Shown: positions 1 to 9,087, counted from the first letter of the stretch. The stretch: 64,000 nucleotides of DNA from Dehalococcoidia bacterium (GCA_965219925.1 OZ244795.1:2122070-2186069); one strand, 5' to 3'. Program-made: numbers and translations. The notes: generated by a model from the letters alone, not told the origin.

Positions 1-2
1 AA

Positions 3-578
3 ATAAGCCTCACCACCGATGTTTCTCGCGATGATGTCGCCCGCATGCGCGATTGGCTGCGCGACCCCGAAGTTAGCGGGTTATGGTATGGCAACGACGA
101 TACCGATGGCCATGCTCTACATATCGGATACTCCCCCGAGCAGATTCAGGGAGCCTCCGACGAAGAATGGGACCAGGTTTTCAACCAGGATGAGCGGCGG
201 ATTTACGCCATCTACGCTACTGACGAAGCCCATATTGGAGAAGGTCAGCTCCTCGTAGAATGGCCTCTGGAAGAAGCGCAACTGTTCATCATGATCGGGC
301 GCAAGGATCTGTGGCACCACCACTACGGAACCGCCGCCCTGATTTCCATGCTGGATGAAGCGTTCAAGAACCTGGAGCTTCACCGTGTTTGGGTAGACGT
401 CCCCGAATATAACGAACACGCCCTGCAAATGTTCCGGCATCTGGGGTTCGTGTTGGAAGGACACCTGCGCCGTACCCACCGTAAGGACGGCGACTGGTAC
501 GACTCTTTTGCGATGGGTTTGCTGACTGACGAATACGGACGGCGTCGCGACCGTGTGCTTACCCAGTACGCAACTTGA
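3..578 (+). CDS. GNAT family N-acetyltransferase (RimJ/RimL-like); 5' end probably outside window
   Basis: ORF 45..578. The frame stays open back to position 3 (ISLTTDVSRDDVAR precedes the first Met), so the start is likely upstream of the window. GNAT core HHHYGTAALISMLDEAF...LHRVWVDVPEYNEHALQMFRHLGF. Confidence 0.75.
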   Translation: MSLTTDVSRDDVARMRDWLRDPEVSGLWYGNDDTDGHALHIGYSPEQIQGASDEEWDQVFNQDERRIYAIYATDEAHIGEGQLLVEWPLEEAQLFIMIGRKDLWHHHYGTAALISMLDEAFKNLELHRVWVDVPEYNEHALQMFRHLGFVLEGHLRRTHRKDGDWYDSFAMGLLTDEYGRRRDRVLTQYAT

Positions 579-649
579 TCATATCTCCGCACCGCCACAC
601 TGGCGCGTTTTGGAGTCGTTGGGTTGAAATGGCGACGGAGGGATAAATT

Positions 650-1360
650 ATGCCGGTCATCACGATCAACGGTGTAATTGGCAGCGGCACCCTGGAGATC
701 GGGCACCTGGTGGCTCAAAACCTCGGACTCAACTACGTTGACCGTTATATTTTCTCGGAGGCGGCACGGTTGGTCGGTTCTCCGGTTGGGCGGTTGATCG
801 AGAAAGAGCAGCGGGTCGTCCCTTTCCGCGAACGCGTCGCAAGGTTTATGCAAACGGTGTTGGAGCGATCTGCTGTAGCCGGTGCGGGGGCCGAACCGTA
901 TTTCGGCCGGGGCATCGAAATGCTGCCCGCTGAAGCCTACACCGAGCTGGTGTCGGATGCGGCGGCGTCATCCGCAGTGCATGATAGGGCGTTTATCGAG
1001 GCCACTACTTCTGTAATCAATGAACTTGCCGCCAGTGGTGACGTCGTGATCATCGGGCGCGGCAGCAACATGATCCTGTCCGATACGCCCGGCGTGGTCC
1101 ATGTTGGCTTGGTGGCCCCCACCGATGTCCGCGTTGACACCATGGCCAAGCGGGAGATGTTTTCCCCTGAAGAAGCGCGCGCCTACATGGATGAACTGGA
1201 GACCGCCCGCTTGACGTTTTACCGCAAGTTTTTCCGGGTCAATGCAAACGACCCCACGTTGTACCACGTCATGTTGAACATCGGGCGCATTTCGCAAAGC
1301 ACCGCTGCTGAGATCATCGGACACGCTGCCGCAGATATCGGCGCAGCCCCTGCGGACTGA
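650..1360 (+). CDS. cytidylate kinase-like family protein (P-loop NTPase)
   Basis: 236 aa. The N-terminus ITINGVIGSGTLEIGHLVAQNLGLNYVDR resembles the cytidylate-kinase-like family rather than a true Cmk. GGAGGG RBS-like sequence upstream. Confidence 0.6.
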   Translation: MPVITINGVIGSGTLEIGHLVAQNLGLNYVDRYIFSEAARLVGSPVGRLIEKEQRVVPFRERVARFMQTVLERSAVAGAGAEPYFGRGIEMLPAEAYTELVSDAAASSAVHDRAFIEATTSVINELAASGDVVIIGRGSNMILSDTPGVVHVGLVAPTDVRVDTMAKREMFSPEEARAYMDELETARLTFYRKFFRVNANDPTLYHVMLNIGRISQSTAAEIIGHAAADIGAAPAD

Positions 1361-1520
1361 TCGCGCGTTCCGGCTGGCGCCCGGTCGGTGTCCCCGCTTG
1401 AGTACGCGCGGGTAACCCTGCGGTACACTGCCTTCGGGATGGGGCGGCCCGTTCCGATTGGCAAAATGCCGGCGCCATTTACTAACTGCGAAGCCCTGCC
1501 CCTGACACTAGGGATTTGAT

Positions 1521-2333
1521 GTGATACCCATATCTGACGGCGGTCGACCACGCGGTTCGTTTCCGGTGGTTAACGTAGTATTGCTGGGGCTGAACGCCCT
1601 GGTTTTTTTGTATGAGATCGCCGTCGGAGGACTCGGTTTCCTGTTTGGAGCGGACAGCGTTGGCATAGTCACGTTCTTTTACAAGTTTGGGTTCATACCT
1701 TCGGAACTGTCTTCGGGAACTGCTGCTCAAGTCTTGCTGTCCGAATCAGGCCTGCAACTGAGCATCGTGTCGCCCGTACCCACATGGGCAACCATACTCA
1801 CCTCCATGTTCATCCACGGCGGCTTGATGCACTTCGCCGGCAATATGCTGTTCCTGTGGGTGTTTGGCGACAACATCGAGGATACGTTCGGCCATGTGAA
1901 ATACCTGGCGTTTTACCTGGCCGCCGGCGTGTTGGCCACACTATCCCACTTCGCAATTGATACCGGATCACAAACGCCGTTGGTTGGAGCCAGCGGCGCA
2001 ATCTCCGGCGTAATGGGCGCCTACCTGCTGTTGTATCCGCGCAATCGAATCCGCACGCTCATCTGGTACATCGTGATCACCGTTGTCAACCTGCGGGCGG
2101 TGTGGCTGCTGCTCATCTGGATTGGCTTGCAGGTAATCCAGGGCGTGTTGTCGATTGGCGTCAGTAATCAGGTGAGCACCGCGTTCTTCGCTCACATCGG
2201 CGGTTTCGCCGTTGGGCTGGCGGTGGCGGCAGTTGTCAAGATGGTCTCGCGCGGCACGGATGGGCCATCCGGATATAGGGGCCGCCGTTCAGATACCCAG
2301 CCCCGGTATTGGCGCGGTCGCCGTATCGATTGA
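1521..2333 (+). CDS. rhomboid family intramembrane serine protease
   Basis: Multi-TM protein with FIHGGLMHFAGNMLFLWVFG, catalytic GASGAISGVMGAY (GxSG) and FFAHIGGFAVG (catalytic His) motifs. Confidence 0.85.
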   Translation: MIPISDGGRPRGSFPVVNVVLLGLNALVFLYEIAVGGLGFLFGADSVGIVTFFYKFGFIPSELSSGTAAQVLLSESGLQLSIVSPVPTWATILTSMFIHGGLMHFAGNMLFLWVFGDNIEDTFGHVKYLAFYLAAGVLATLSHFAIDTGSQTPLVGASGAISGVMGAYLLLYPRNRIRTLIWYIVITVVNLRAVWLLLIWIGLQVIQGVLSIGVSNQVSTAFFAHIGGFAVGLAVAAVVKMVSRGTDGPSGYRGRRSDTQPRYWRGRRID

Positions 2334-2426
2334 AAACTCAATTTACATGGATGCATGAGATAGACCGGGCCGCCGGTACGCCGATGGTACACTCGTTGCT
2401 ACGATGGCCCTCTTCGAGGAAGGAAT

Positions 2427-2781
2427 ATGACTACCCAAACCTATCAAGCAGCGGGGTGGCAACTGCTGGCCCAGGCCCGGGCCGAACTGGCTGCCGGCGA
2501 CGCACGACAGGCGTCGGAGAAGGGCTGGGGCGCGGGCGGCCCAGATGGTCAAAGCCATCGCCGAGCAGCGTGGCTGGCAGCATAGCGGCCATCGTCAGCT
2601 ATTCGCCGCCGTCAGGCAGGTTCGGAACGAAACCGGCAACGAAGACGTCCGACGCCTGTTCAATACTGCCAACGCCCTCCACACCAACTTTTACGAGGAC
2701 TGGAAAGACGGCCAAACCGTTGCCGAGGACCTCGATGACGTGGAGCAACTGCTCAACCTGCTGGAGCCGCTGCTGGGCTAA
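2427..2781 (+). pseudogene. PaREP1/HEPN-like small helical protein, interrupted by a +1 nt frameshift
   Basis: ATG at 2427 after a GAGGAAGGAA RBS encodes MTTQTYQAAGWQLLAQARAELAAGDARQASEKGWGA. The reading then continues in ORF 2545..2781 (..AAQMVKAIAEQRGWQHSGHRQLFAAVRQV...ANALHTNFYEDW). The two halves join if one G is removed around the GGG run at 2534-2536. Confidence 0.6.
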
Positions 2782-2804
2782 ACTGTTGTCGCACTCATAA
2801 CTCC

Positions 2805-2830
2805 GTCATTCCGGACTTGACCCGGAATCC
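2805..2830. repeat. short REP-like hairpin (gtcattccggacttgacccggaatcc)
   Basis: Inverted repeat attccgg/ccggaat. Same family style as the gtcattcccgcgaaagcgggaatcc units at 33098, 33483-33549 and 61378. Confidence 0.6.
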
Positions 2831-3052
2831 ACTCCCAACCCTTTGATGGAAGGCGATTAGCGAAGGAACGCCGTTTATCACTGCGGATTTGCACCTGTAC
2901 CTGGTTCCGATGGAGAAAGGAGAGAGCGTGGCGGTGGATACTTGAGAGTTTACGGCGAGCTATTCATAGTCCAGATTGTGGACATCTTCGCATCGTTGTA
3001 TGCTTGAGTCATCTAGAGATAGACGAACCAGCATCAGCCCAAAGTAGGGTGC

Positions 3053-3583
3053 ATGATGATCGACCAGCACCTTGACCCCTATGCCAATCATCAGCTTGAC
3101 CCTGATCATTTGGAATTACTCCGGCAGGGTGTCGATGCTTGGAATGAGAACCGACCTGACCGTCCCAACTTGGCTGGAGCAGACTTAGCCGGCTTTCCTT
3201 TGGCAGGAGCCGATATGTCTAGTGCAGACTTGGCAAATGCCAATTTATCCGAGGCCGACCTGTCGCGCGTTGACCTATCCCGTGCTGACTTGAGGCAGGC
3301 TAACCTAGCCAATACCAACTTGTCCCATGCCAATCTGTTCTGCGCTAACTTGAATGGCACCAACTTGAGCGGTGCCATTCTTACTAACGCGGAATTGCCC
3401 GAGGCTAGACTAATTGGAGCCAGATTGAACGACGCTGACCTCTGTCACGCTAACTTGTACCTAGCCCACCTTACCGGAGCTATATTGAACGGTGCCAACG
3501 TGCGTGACGCAATTTTTGCTGACTCTATTGACGCCAACCTGGCAGGCACTATTGGCACTCCGCAGCAGGAGCCGCCAAATTAG
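3053..3583 (+). CDS. pentapeptide repeat-containing protein
   Basis: Long run of A(D/N)Lxx pentads (ADLANANLSEADLSRVDLSRADLRQANLANTNLSHANLFCANLNGTNLSGAIL...). The region is visibly more AT-rich than its surroundings. Confidence 0.85.
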   Translation: MMIDQHLDPYANHQLDPDHLELLRQGVDAWNENRPDRPNLAGADLAGFPLAGADMSSADLANANLSEADLSRVDLSRADLRQANLANTNLSHANLFCANLNGTNLSGAILTNAELPEARLIGARLNDADLCHANLYLAHLTGAILNGANVRDAIFADSIDANLAGTIGTPQQEPPN

Positions 3584-4416
3584 GTGACAATCGGGCAATC
3601 CATAGGCTCGGATAAGTCACCCCACAGCGGCGTGGCCTGCCCTTCGTTATTACTGCCCCAGCAGACCACCCGGCCGTCGGTCTTGACCCCGCCAAGTGTA
3701 AAATGCGCCGGCACTCACTCGGAAGTAATCATAGCCGTCAATTTTCCGTTCCGATGATACGGTCCCTAGGGTGACGGTGAGTTCGCTCCCCAAGCTGAAG
3801 CTCAGAGGAAACCCCAATGCCATTACGTGGTCTCCCACGGAAACCCATCCAGCGCTGCCAAATGGCGTGGGTTTAAAGTTATTACCGGAGTTCAGTCGCA
3901 CTACCGCCAGGTCCATCCGGTCATCCCTGCCCAGCACCGTACCCTGACACCTGATACCTCCCAAAACGACCGTGACGTTGCGGCAGCAGTCCACCACATG
4001 GGTATTGGTCGCCACCACTCCGCTGGTGGTCGTACACAAAGCCGGAACCATCGCCGGAGGTCGTGATGATTTGCGCCAGGCTGGGCCGAATCCGGGATAC
4101 CAAGTCCGCCACCGTCGGCGTTGCAGTTGGCCGGGGTGTGGAAGTTGCCGTCTGCCGGGGTCGTAGTAAAGGCGTAAATGTTGGGGCGGTAGTGGGAGCG
4201 GGGTGTGTCCACCGGAACGGCGGTAGGCTCCGGTTGAGGTGTATCTGTTGGGGCGGCTGATGGTACATTCGATACCGTGCGTTGCAGCGTCGCTTCCTGC
4301 GCAACCCGTGTCAACTCCGCCGCAACTGTTGATTGAACATCGGGCGTTTCTGGGGCCTCCACCGTGATGCAACCCACCGCCGCATCGCCGCCATCAGCAG
4401 CGTTATTCCCATCCAT
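3580..4416 (-). pseudogene. decayed chimeric gene: trypsin-like (S1/DegP-type) protease domain lacking the Ser region, fused to a single RCC1-like blade, with at least 3 frameshifts
   Basis: The coding signal hops between minus-strand frames. Frame A (4416 down to about 4130) gives a Pro/Thr-rich N-terminus. Frame B gives PTVADLVSRIRPSLAQIITTSGDGSGFVYD. Frame C from about 4030 gives TTSGVVATNTHVV...DLAVVRL...GDHVMALGFP...GTVSSERK (His and Asp regions present, no GDSGG). A fourth frame from about 3700 gives GVKTDGRVVCWGSNNEGQATP (RCC1-type blade) and ends at the TAA at 3580-3582. Confidence 0.6.
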
Positions 4417-4443
4417 ATTTTCGCCAGCACACTTACCACCCCG

Positions 4444-5328
4444 TCACCTGCTATCCCCCAAATCCCCCAACCCCGTTCCGGTCAGGCGGAACGTCTCCGC
4501 CACGAAAGCCTCTACCGCCCGGCTGATGCGCTCCTGCAGTTCCCGGTAGCCGCCCGCGTCCAGCCGGTGCTCTGCGCCACCGTAGCGGTAATCCACCGCG
4601 TATTGGGTCAGCCAGTCCCGCGGATCCCGTGGCCTCCGCCGCGCCAGCTCCTCCGGCGGCAGCATAATGAATTCCACCAGCGCGTCCAGTTCATCCCGCG
4701 CCGGCGACGATCCCTCCGCCACGTTGTCAATGATGATGTCGGCCAGCTCGTCGATGCGATGGATGTTGGTGTACTCGCAGTCAATGGCCGAAATCCAGCC
4801 TTTCAGCGCGTTTTCCACCGCCTGCTGCGCGATGAATCCAATCAGGTCCTGGTCGTCAAGCCCGGTATTGATGCTGTGGTTCATGCTGCCCAGCCTCAGC
4901 CGGGCATTGATGAGGCGCTGCCGGATGTCCGGCCAGCCGGCGGGGTAATCGTCATCATATTCGTCGCTAAGGTCTTCGAATTTATCGTCGTTCATAATTA
5001 TCCCATCCCGCAACGCCTGCGCCGCCACGTGGTTGCGCGCCCGCCGGCAGTAGGCGAACCGCTCCCGCGTCATCCCGATGACGTCCAGGCCGAACTTCCC
5101 CGGCAACTCGCGCAATTTGCGATAGGCTGCATCGTGAGCCGTCTCGCCGCCAGCCACTGCCGGCACCGCTTTGGTATCGTCCCAAACCACCATCAGGTCC
5201 ACGTCCGAGTCGGGCCGGTGGTCTCCCCGGGCCCGGGAACCGAACAGTATTACGGTGGCATAGGGAGCCGCTTCTTGCGCGGCGCGGGCAACCGCCAGCC
5301 CAATTGCGTCCGCCTCTTGCCGCCCCAT
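4444..5328 (-). CDS. fused nucleotidyltransferase (MNT-like) plus HEPN domain protein
   Basis: N-terminal half carries the pol-beta NTase motif ILFGSRARGDHRPDSDVDLMVV. C-terminal half is a helical HEPN-type domain (IGFIAQQAVENALKGWISAI...HRIDELADII...YAVDYRYGG). Start chosen at Met-35 of the ORF (ATG at 5328) because the upstream gene stops at 5334. Confidence 0.7.
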   Translation of the reverse strand: MGRQEADAIGLAVARAAQEAAPYATVILFGSRARGDHRPDSDVDLMVVWDDTKAVPAVAGGETAHDAAYRKLRELPGKFGLDVIGMTRERFAYCRRARNHVAAQALRDGIIMNDDKFEDLSDEYDDDYPAGWPDIRQRLINARLRLGSMNHSINTGLDDQDLIGFIAQQAVENALKGWISAIDCEYTNIHRIDELADIIIDNVAEGSSPARDELDALVEFIMLPPEELARRRPRDPRDWLTQYAVDYRYGGAEHRLDAGGYRELQERISRAVEAFVAETFRLTGTGLGDLGDSR

Positions 5329-5333
5329 GATTG

Positions 5334-6221
5334 CTACGCCTCCGGGAACGGTATCAGACCCAATATGTCCCGCGCCTGTTGCGGCGTGGCCGGTTCCCGG
5401 CCGTGTAGGCGCGCCATCGTTACTGCCCATTCGATGTACTGGGCGTTGGAGGTGGGTTGCCGGTTGTTGGGGAGGAACGGGCTGTCTTCAAAGCCAACTC
5501 GGATGTGCGCCCCGGTGGCGATGGCGATGGCACACAGCGGGAAGGTCTGGCCCATGCTGCTGTGCGCCAGCCAGGTGGCCTCCGGATAGTGTTCGCGGAT
5601 GGTATCGGCCATCAGCATATAGTTGCGTGGCGAACCGACCATCGTCTGCCGCCCGTCGCCCCAGTGGCCGCCTGGTTCAACCAGGAAATACCTGGTGTCT
5701 TTAATGTAACCCTCCGCCATCAGCGTGAAGGCCAGATTCAGGTTGCCGGTGTCGTGTACGGCCGGCTCGGGGAACGTTCCGCGCTGATAGCAGGCGTCCA
5801 GCGTCGCCGCAATGTCTTCAAACGAGTTGGGACTGATCGTCGTGCGCCGGCGACCTGTTTCAGCGTCCACCGGCCATCGGGTGCCGGTGCCCAGGTTCAG
5901 TGACACCATCTCCACGGGTTGAGGAGTCTCCAGCAGGTAGCGCGTGACGGCTTCCACCGGCACATGGGATTGGCGTGCGGTGGTGTGATTCAGGGCCAGA
6001 TCGCACTGGGCACGAATCATGGCGTCGGTTTGGGCGTACCAGGCCGGGTCATAGCTGATCCCGCCATCCGCCGTGCGGGCGTGGATGTGAACAATGGATG
6101 CGCCGGCTTCGTAACATCGCACCGCTTCCTGCGCTACTTCTTCGGGTGTCCAGGGGACGTTGGGGTTGTCTTCGCGGCCTCGACTGCCGTTCAGGCAACC
6201 TTTGATGATGATGGTGTCCAT
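5334..6221 (-). CDS. 3-keto-5-aminohexanoate cleavage enzyme family (BKACE/DUF849) protein
   Basis: IIKGCLNGSR...NPNVPWTPEEVAQEAVRCYEAGASIVHIHAR is the typical BKACE N-terminal signature. 295 aa. Confidence 0.75.
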   Translation of the reverse strand: MDTIIIKGCLNGSRGREDNPNVPWTPEEVAQEAVRCYEAGASIVHIHARTADGGISYDPAWYAQTDAMIRAQCDLALNHTTARQSHVPVEAVTRYLLETPQPVEMVSLNLGTGTRWPVDAETGRRRTTISPNSFEDIAATLDACYQRGTFPEPAVHDTGNLNLAFTLMAEGYIKDTRYFLVEPGGHWGDGRQTMVGSPRNYMLMADTIREHYPEATWLAHSSMGQTFPLCAIAIATGAHIRVGFEDSPFLPNNRQPTSNAQYIEWAVTMARLHGREPATPQQARDILGLIPFPEA

Positions 6222-6403
6222 GCGAATCGGCCTCTGGTTTCGTTTGATTTGACCCGGCGCATAACTTTCGAAGGCGTTACCTTCGGCGTGTGCCCGCGCG
6301 TCGGGCCGTATGCTATCATAACGCCAATGAGGTGGCGGGCCTTGATACTGGCCCCCACGTGCTCGCTATTTCGTTGGTTTTATTATTACCCCAGGAGGAG
6401 CTG

Positions 6404-8728
6404 ATGCTGGATTACAAGCCCAATATCGTATTGACCAATGACCGAGAGTATAAGGTCGTCGGAACCCGGCCCATCCGCCACGACGGAGCGGACAAGGTGA
6501 CCGGCATGGCTCGGTACAGCGCCGATTTGAACTTGCCCGGCATGTTGTACGGAAAAGTGCTGCGCAGCCCCCATGCTCATGCTCGCATCAAGTCCATCGA
6601 TACCAGCCGGGCAGCGGCCCTCCCGGGAGTCCGCGCCGTGATCACCGGCGCCGATATCGTCGAGCCCACCGGCCGGGCGTCTGACATGGCTGAAGGCGCC
6701 ATGATTAATTTCAAGTTCCTCAGCAATAACATCCTGGCCCAGGACAAAGCCCTTTACAAGGGACACGCCATCGCCGCCGTGGCCGCCGTCAACGCCCACG
6801 TTGCCGAGGAAGCCCTGGATCTGATTGATGTGGATTTCGAGGTTTTGCCGCCGGTTATGCACGCTCGGGACGCCATGGCGGAAGGGGCGACGCTGGTCCA
6901 TGAACGGCTGGCCGCGTTCAGTACCGCCGGTATTCGCGCCGGCGGCGTGCTGGACGACGACGATGCCTCGGCGGGCACCAATATCGCCAACCATTTTGAG
7001 TTCCGCATGGGCGATCTGGACACTGGATTGGCGGCCGCTGACGTCGTTGTTGAGCGAACGGTTTCGACGTCGGCGGTTCATCAGGGTTACATCGAACCCC
7101 ACAGCGGCACCGCCATGTGGCACGATGACGGTACCCTCACGATCTGGTCCAGCAGTCAGGGGCATTTCACCGTGCGCGACCACACTGCTCGCCTGGTAGG
7201 GGTGCCGGTTTCCAGCGTGAAAGCGATTCCAATGGAGATCGGAGGCGGATTCGGCGCCAAACTCGCCGTGTATATGGAACCGTTGGCGGCCCTGTTGGCC
7301 AAGAAAACCCACGCTCCGGTCAAAGTGGCAATGAACCGCACCGAAGTATTTGAAGCGACCGGACCGACCTCCGGCACCGAAATATCCTGCCGGATCGGAG
7401 CAACCAACGACGGCAAGATAACCGCCGCTGAGGTACACCTGATCTTCGAGGCGGGGGCGTTCCCCGGTTCTCCCGTGCCCGGTGCGGCCAACTGCGTGTT
7501 TTCGGCTTACGAAATCCCCAACACCTGGATTGAAGGCTACGATATCGTTGTCAACCGACCCAAGACCGCAGCCTATCGCGCTCCCGGTTCGCCGGCTGCT
7601 GCTTTCTGCGTGGAAGTGGCGCTGGACGAACTGGCCGAGAAACTGGGTGTAGATCCCATCGACCTGCGCCTGATTAACAGCGCCAAAGAGGGCACCCGCC
7701 GACCCACCGGTCCGTTGACCCCGAAAGTGGGTTACATCGAAACCCTGGAAGCCTCCAAAGCGCATCCCCACTACAGCGCAATGAAGGATGGCAAGTACCG
7801 CGGCCGCGGGTTCGCCGCGGGATTCTGGGGGAATAACACCGGGCCTTCCAGCGCGGTGGCCGTCGTCAATCCGGATGGGACCGTCAGCTTGACCGAGGGC
7901 TCCCCTGACATTGGGGGAACCAGGGCCTCGGTATCCCAGCAATTCGCTGAGGTGCTGGGTATCGCGGTGGAGGATGTCCATCCGCAGATCGGCGACACCG
8001 ATTCCATTGGTTTCACCTCCAACACCGGCGGCAGTAGCGTCACCTTCAAAACCGGATTTGCCGCCTACACCGCCGCCCAGGATGTAAAGCAGCAGATGAT
8101 GTCCCGTGCGGCCCGCATTTGGGAAGTCTCGGAAGATGATGTCGAATACGAAGACGGTGTGCTGAAGCACCGCGCCGACGACCAATTGCAACTGACCTTC
8201 CGTCAGCTGGCAGCGCGTCAGGTTCCTACCGGCGGCCCAATTGTCGGGCGTGGCGGTGTAAACCCCGGCGGCGCCGGCCCCGCCATCGCCTGCCACATCG
8301 TGGATGTTGAGGTCGATGTTGACACCGGCAAGGTTGAAATCCTGCGTTACACCGCGATTCAGGACGCCGGCAAAGCCATCCACCCGTCTTACGTAGAGGG
8401 ACAGATCCAGGGCGGAGTCGTCCAGGGAATCGGCTGGGCCCTCAACGAGGAGTATTACACCAACGATCAGGGCCACATGGTAAATTCCAGCTTCCTGGAT
8501 TACCGGATGCCCACCAGCCTGGACCTGCCCATGATTGACACTTGCATCGTTGAGGTTGACAACCCTAACCACCCCTACGGTGTGCGAGGCGTCGGCGAAG
8601 TGCCGATCGTTCCTCCCATGGCCGCAATCGCCAACGCCATCCACGATGCCATCGGCGTGCGCCTGGAGGTTCTTCCCATGAACCCCGGCAACGTCCTCGA
8701 AGCCCTGTGGGAAAAAGACGGAAAATAG
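6404..8728 (+). CDS. xanthine dehydrogenase/aldehyde oxidase/CO dehydrogenase family molybdopterin-binding large subunit
   Basis: About 775 aa. N-terminus YKVVGTRPIRHDGADKVTGMARYSADLNLPGMLYGKVLRSPHAHARIKSID (a/b hammerhead), then GGGFGAK and C-terminal PYGVRGVGEVPIVPPMAAIANAI. Start moved to ATG 6404, preceded by AGGAGG. Confidence 0.85.
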   Translation: MLDYKPNIVLTNDREYKVVGTRPIRHDGADKVTGMARYSADLNLPGMLYGKVLRSPHAHARIKSIDTSRAAALPGVRAVITGADIVEPTGRASDMAEGAMINFKFLSNNILAQDKALYKGHAIAAVAAVNAHVAEEALDLIDVDFEVLPPVMHARDAMAEGATLVHERLAAFSTAGIRAGGVLDDDDASAGTNIANHFEFRMGDLDTGLAAADVVVERTVSTSAVHQGYIEPHSGTAMWHDDGTLTIWSSSQGHFTVRDHTARLVGVPVSSVKAIPMEIGGGFGAKLAVYMEPLAALLAKKTHAPVKVAMNRTEVFEATGPTSGTEISCRIGATNDGKITAAEVHLIFEAGAFPGSPVPGAANCVFSAYEIPNTWIEGYDIVVNRPKTAAYRAPGSPAAAFCVEVALDELAEKLGVDPIDLRLINSAKEGTRRPTGPLTPKVGYIETLEASKAHPHYSAMKDGKYRGRGFAAGFWGNNTGPSSAVAVVNPDGTVSLTEGSPDIGGTRASVSQQFAEVLGIAVEDVHPQIGDTDSIGFTSNTGGSSVTFKTGFAAYTAAQDVKQQMMSRAARIWEVSEDDVEYEDGVLKHRADDQLQLTFRQLAARQVPTGGPIVGRGGVNPGGAGPAIACHIVDVEVDVDTGKVEILRYTAIQDAGKAIHPSYVEGQIQGGVVQGIGWALNEEYYTNDQGHMVNSSFLDYRMPTSLDLPMIDTCIVEVDNPNHPYGVRGVGEVPIVPPMAAIANAIHDAIGVRLEVLPMNPGNVLEALWEKDGK

Positions 8729-8739
8729 CATCCGCAAAG

Positions 8740-8776
8740 CCCCTCTCCCTTCATGGGAGAGGGGTTGGGGTGAGGG
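8740..8776. repeat. REP-like hairpin element (ccctctccc-N5-gggagaggg + ttggggtgaggg)
   Basis: cccctctcccttcatgggagaggggttggggtgaggg. Near-identical copies at 9123-9160, 9192-9230 (inverted) and 23894-23930. Confidence 0.8.
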
Positions 8777-8785
8777 TAAAAATAT

Positions 8786-9064
8786 ATGGCTGACGTGTGG
8801 ATACCAGTTCAGATGCAACGCATCACCGGAGCGCCGGATCGCGTTCAAGTATCCGGCGCCACGGTGCGCCAGGTTATCAACAACCTGGAGGGGCTGCACC
8901 CGGGCATGAAAGAGCTGCTGTACGACGAGGAAACGGATGACGTAACCCCCGGGTTGGCGGTGATTATCGACGGTGAAGTGAGCCAACTGGGATTGCTGGA
9001 TCGGGTTTCCGAAGGGAGCGAAATGCATTTCCTCCCGGCCATTGGCGGCGGCATCGTCAATTAG
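8786..9064 (+). CDS. MoaD/ThiS family ubiquitin-like sulfur-carrier protein with C-terminal extension past the Gly-Gly
   Basis: 92 aa. The pattern VQVSGATVRQVINNLEGLHPGMKELLYDEE...LAVIIDGEV...GSEMHFLPAIGGGIVN matches the beta-grasp MoaD-like family, which normally ends at ..GG. Confidence 0.7.
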   Translation: MADVWIPVQMQRITGAPDRVQVSGATVRQVINNLEGLHPGMKELLYDEETDDVTPGLAVIIDGEVSQLGLLDRVSEGSEMHFLPAIGGGIVN

Positions 9065-9087
9065 CGCAACGCGCGCCCAGGCGAAAC

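Noticed and set aside
6386-9028. 880-aa ORF on the minus strand opposite the molybdenum-hydroxylase gene
   Set aside because: This is an antisense shadow ORF, typical of high-GC DNA. Its translation is Gly/Arg/His/Val-rich with no motifs, whereas the plus strand carries clear family signatures. The same reasoning applies to 19465..21768(-), 14518..15705(-), 13632..14342(-), 4333..5589(+), 42131..43522(+), 43941..45151(+), 48438..49568(-), 49622..50590(-), 58888..59904(-), 35712..36416(-), 40558..41364(+) and 21743..22603(-).
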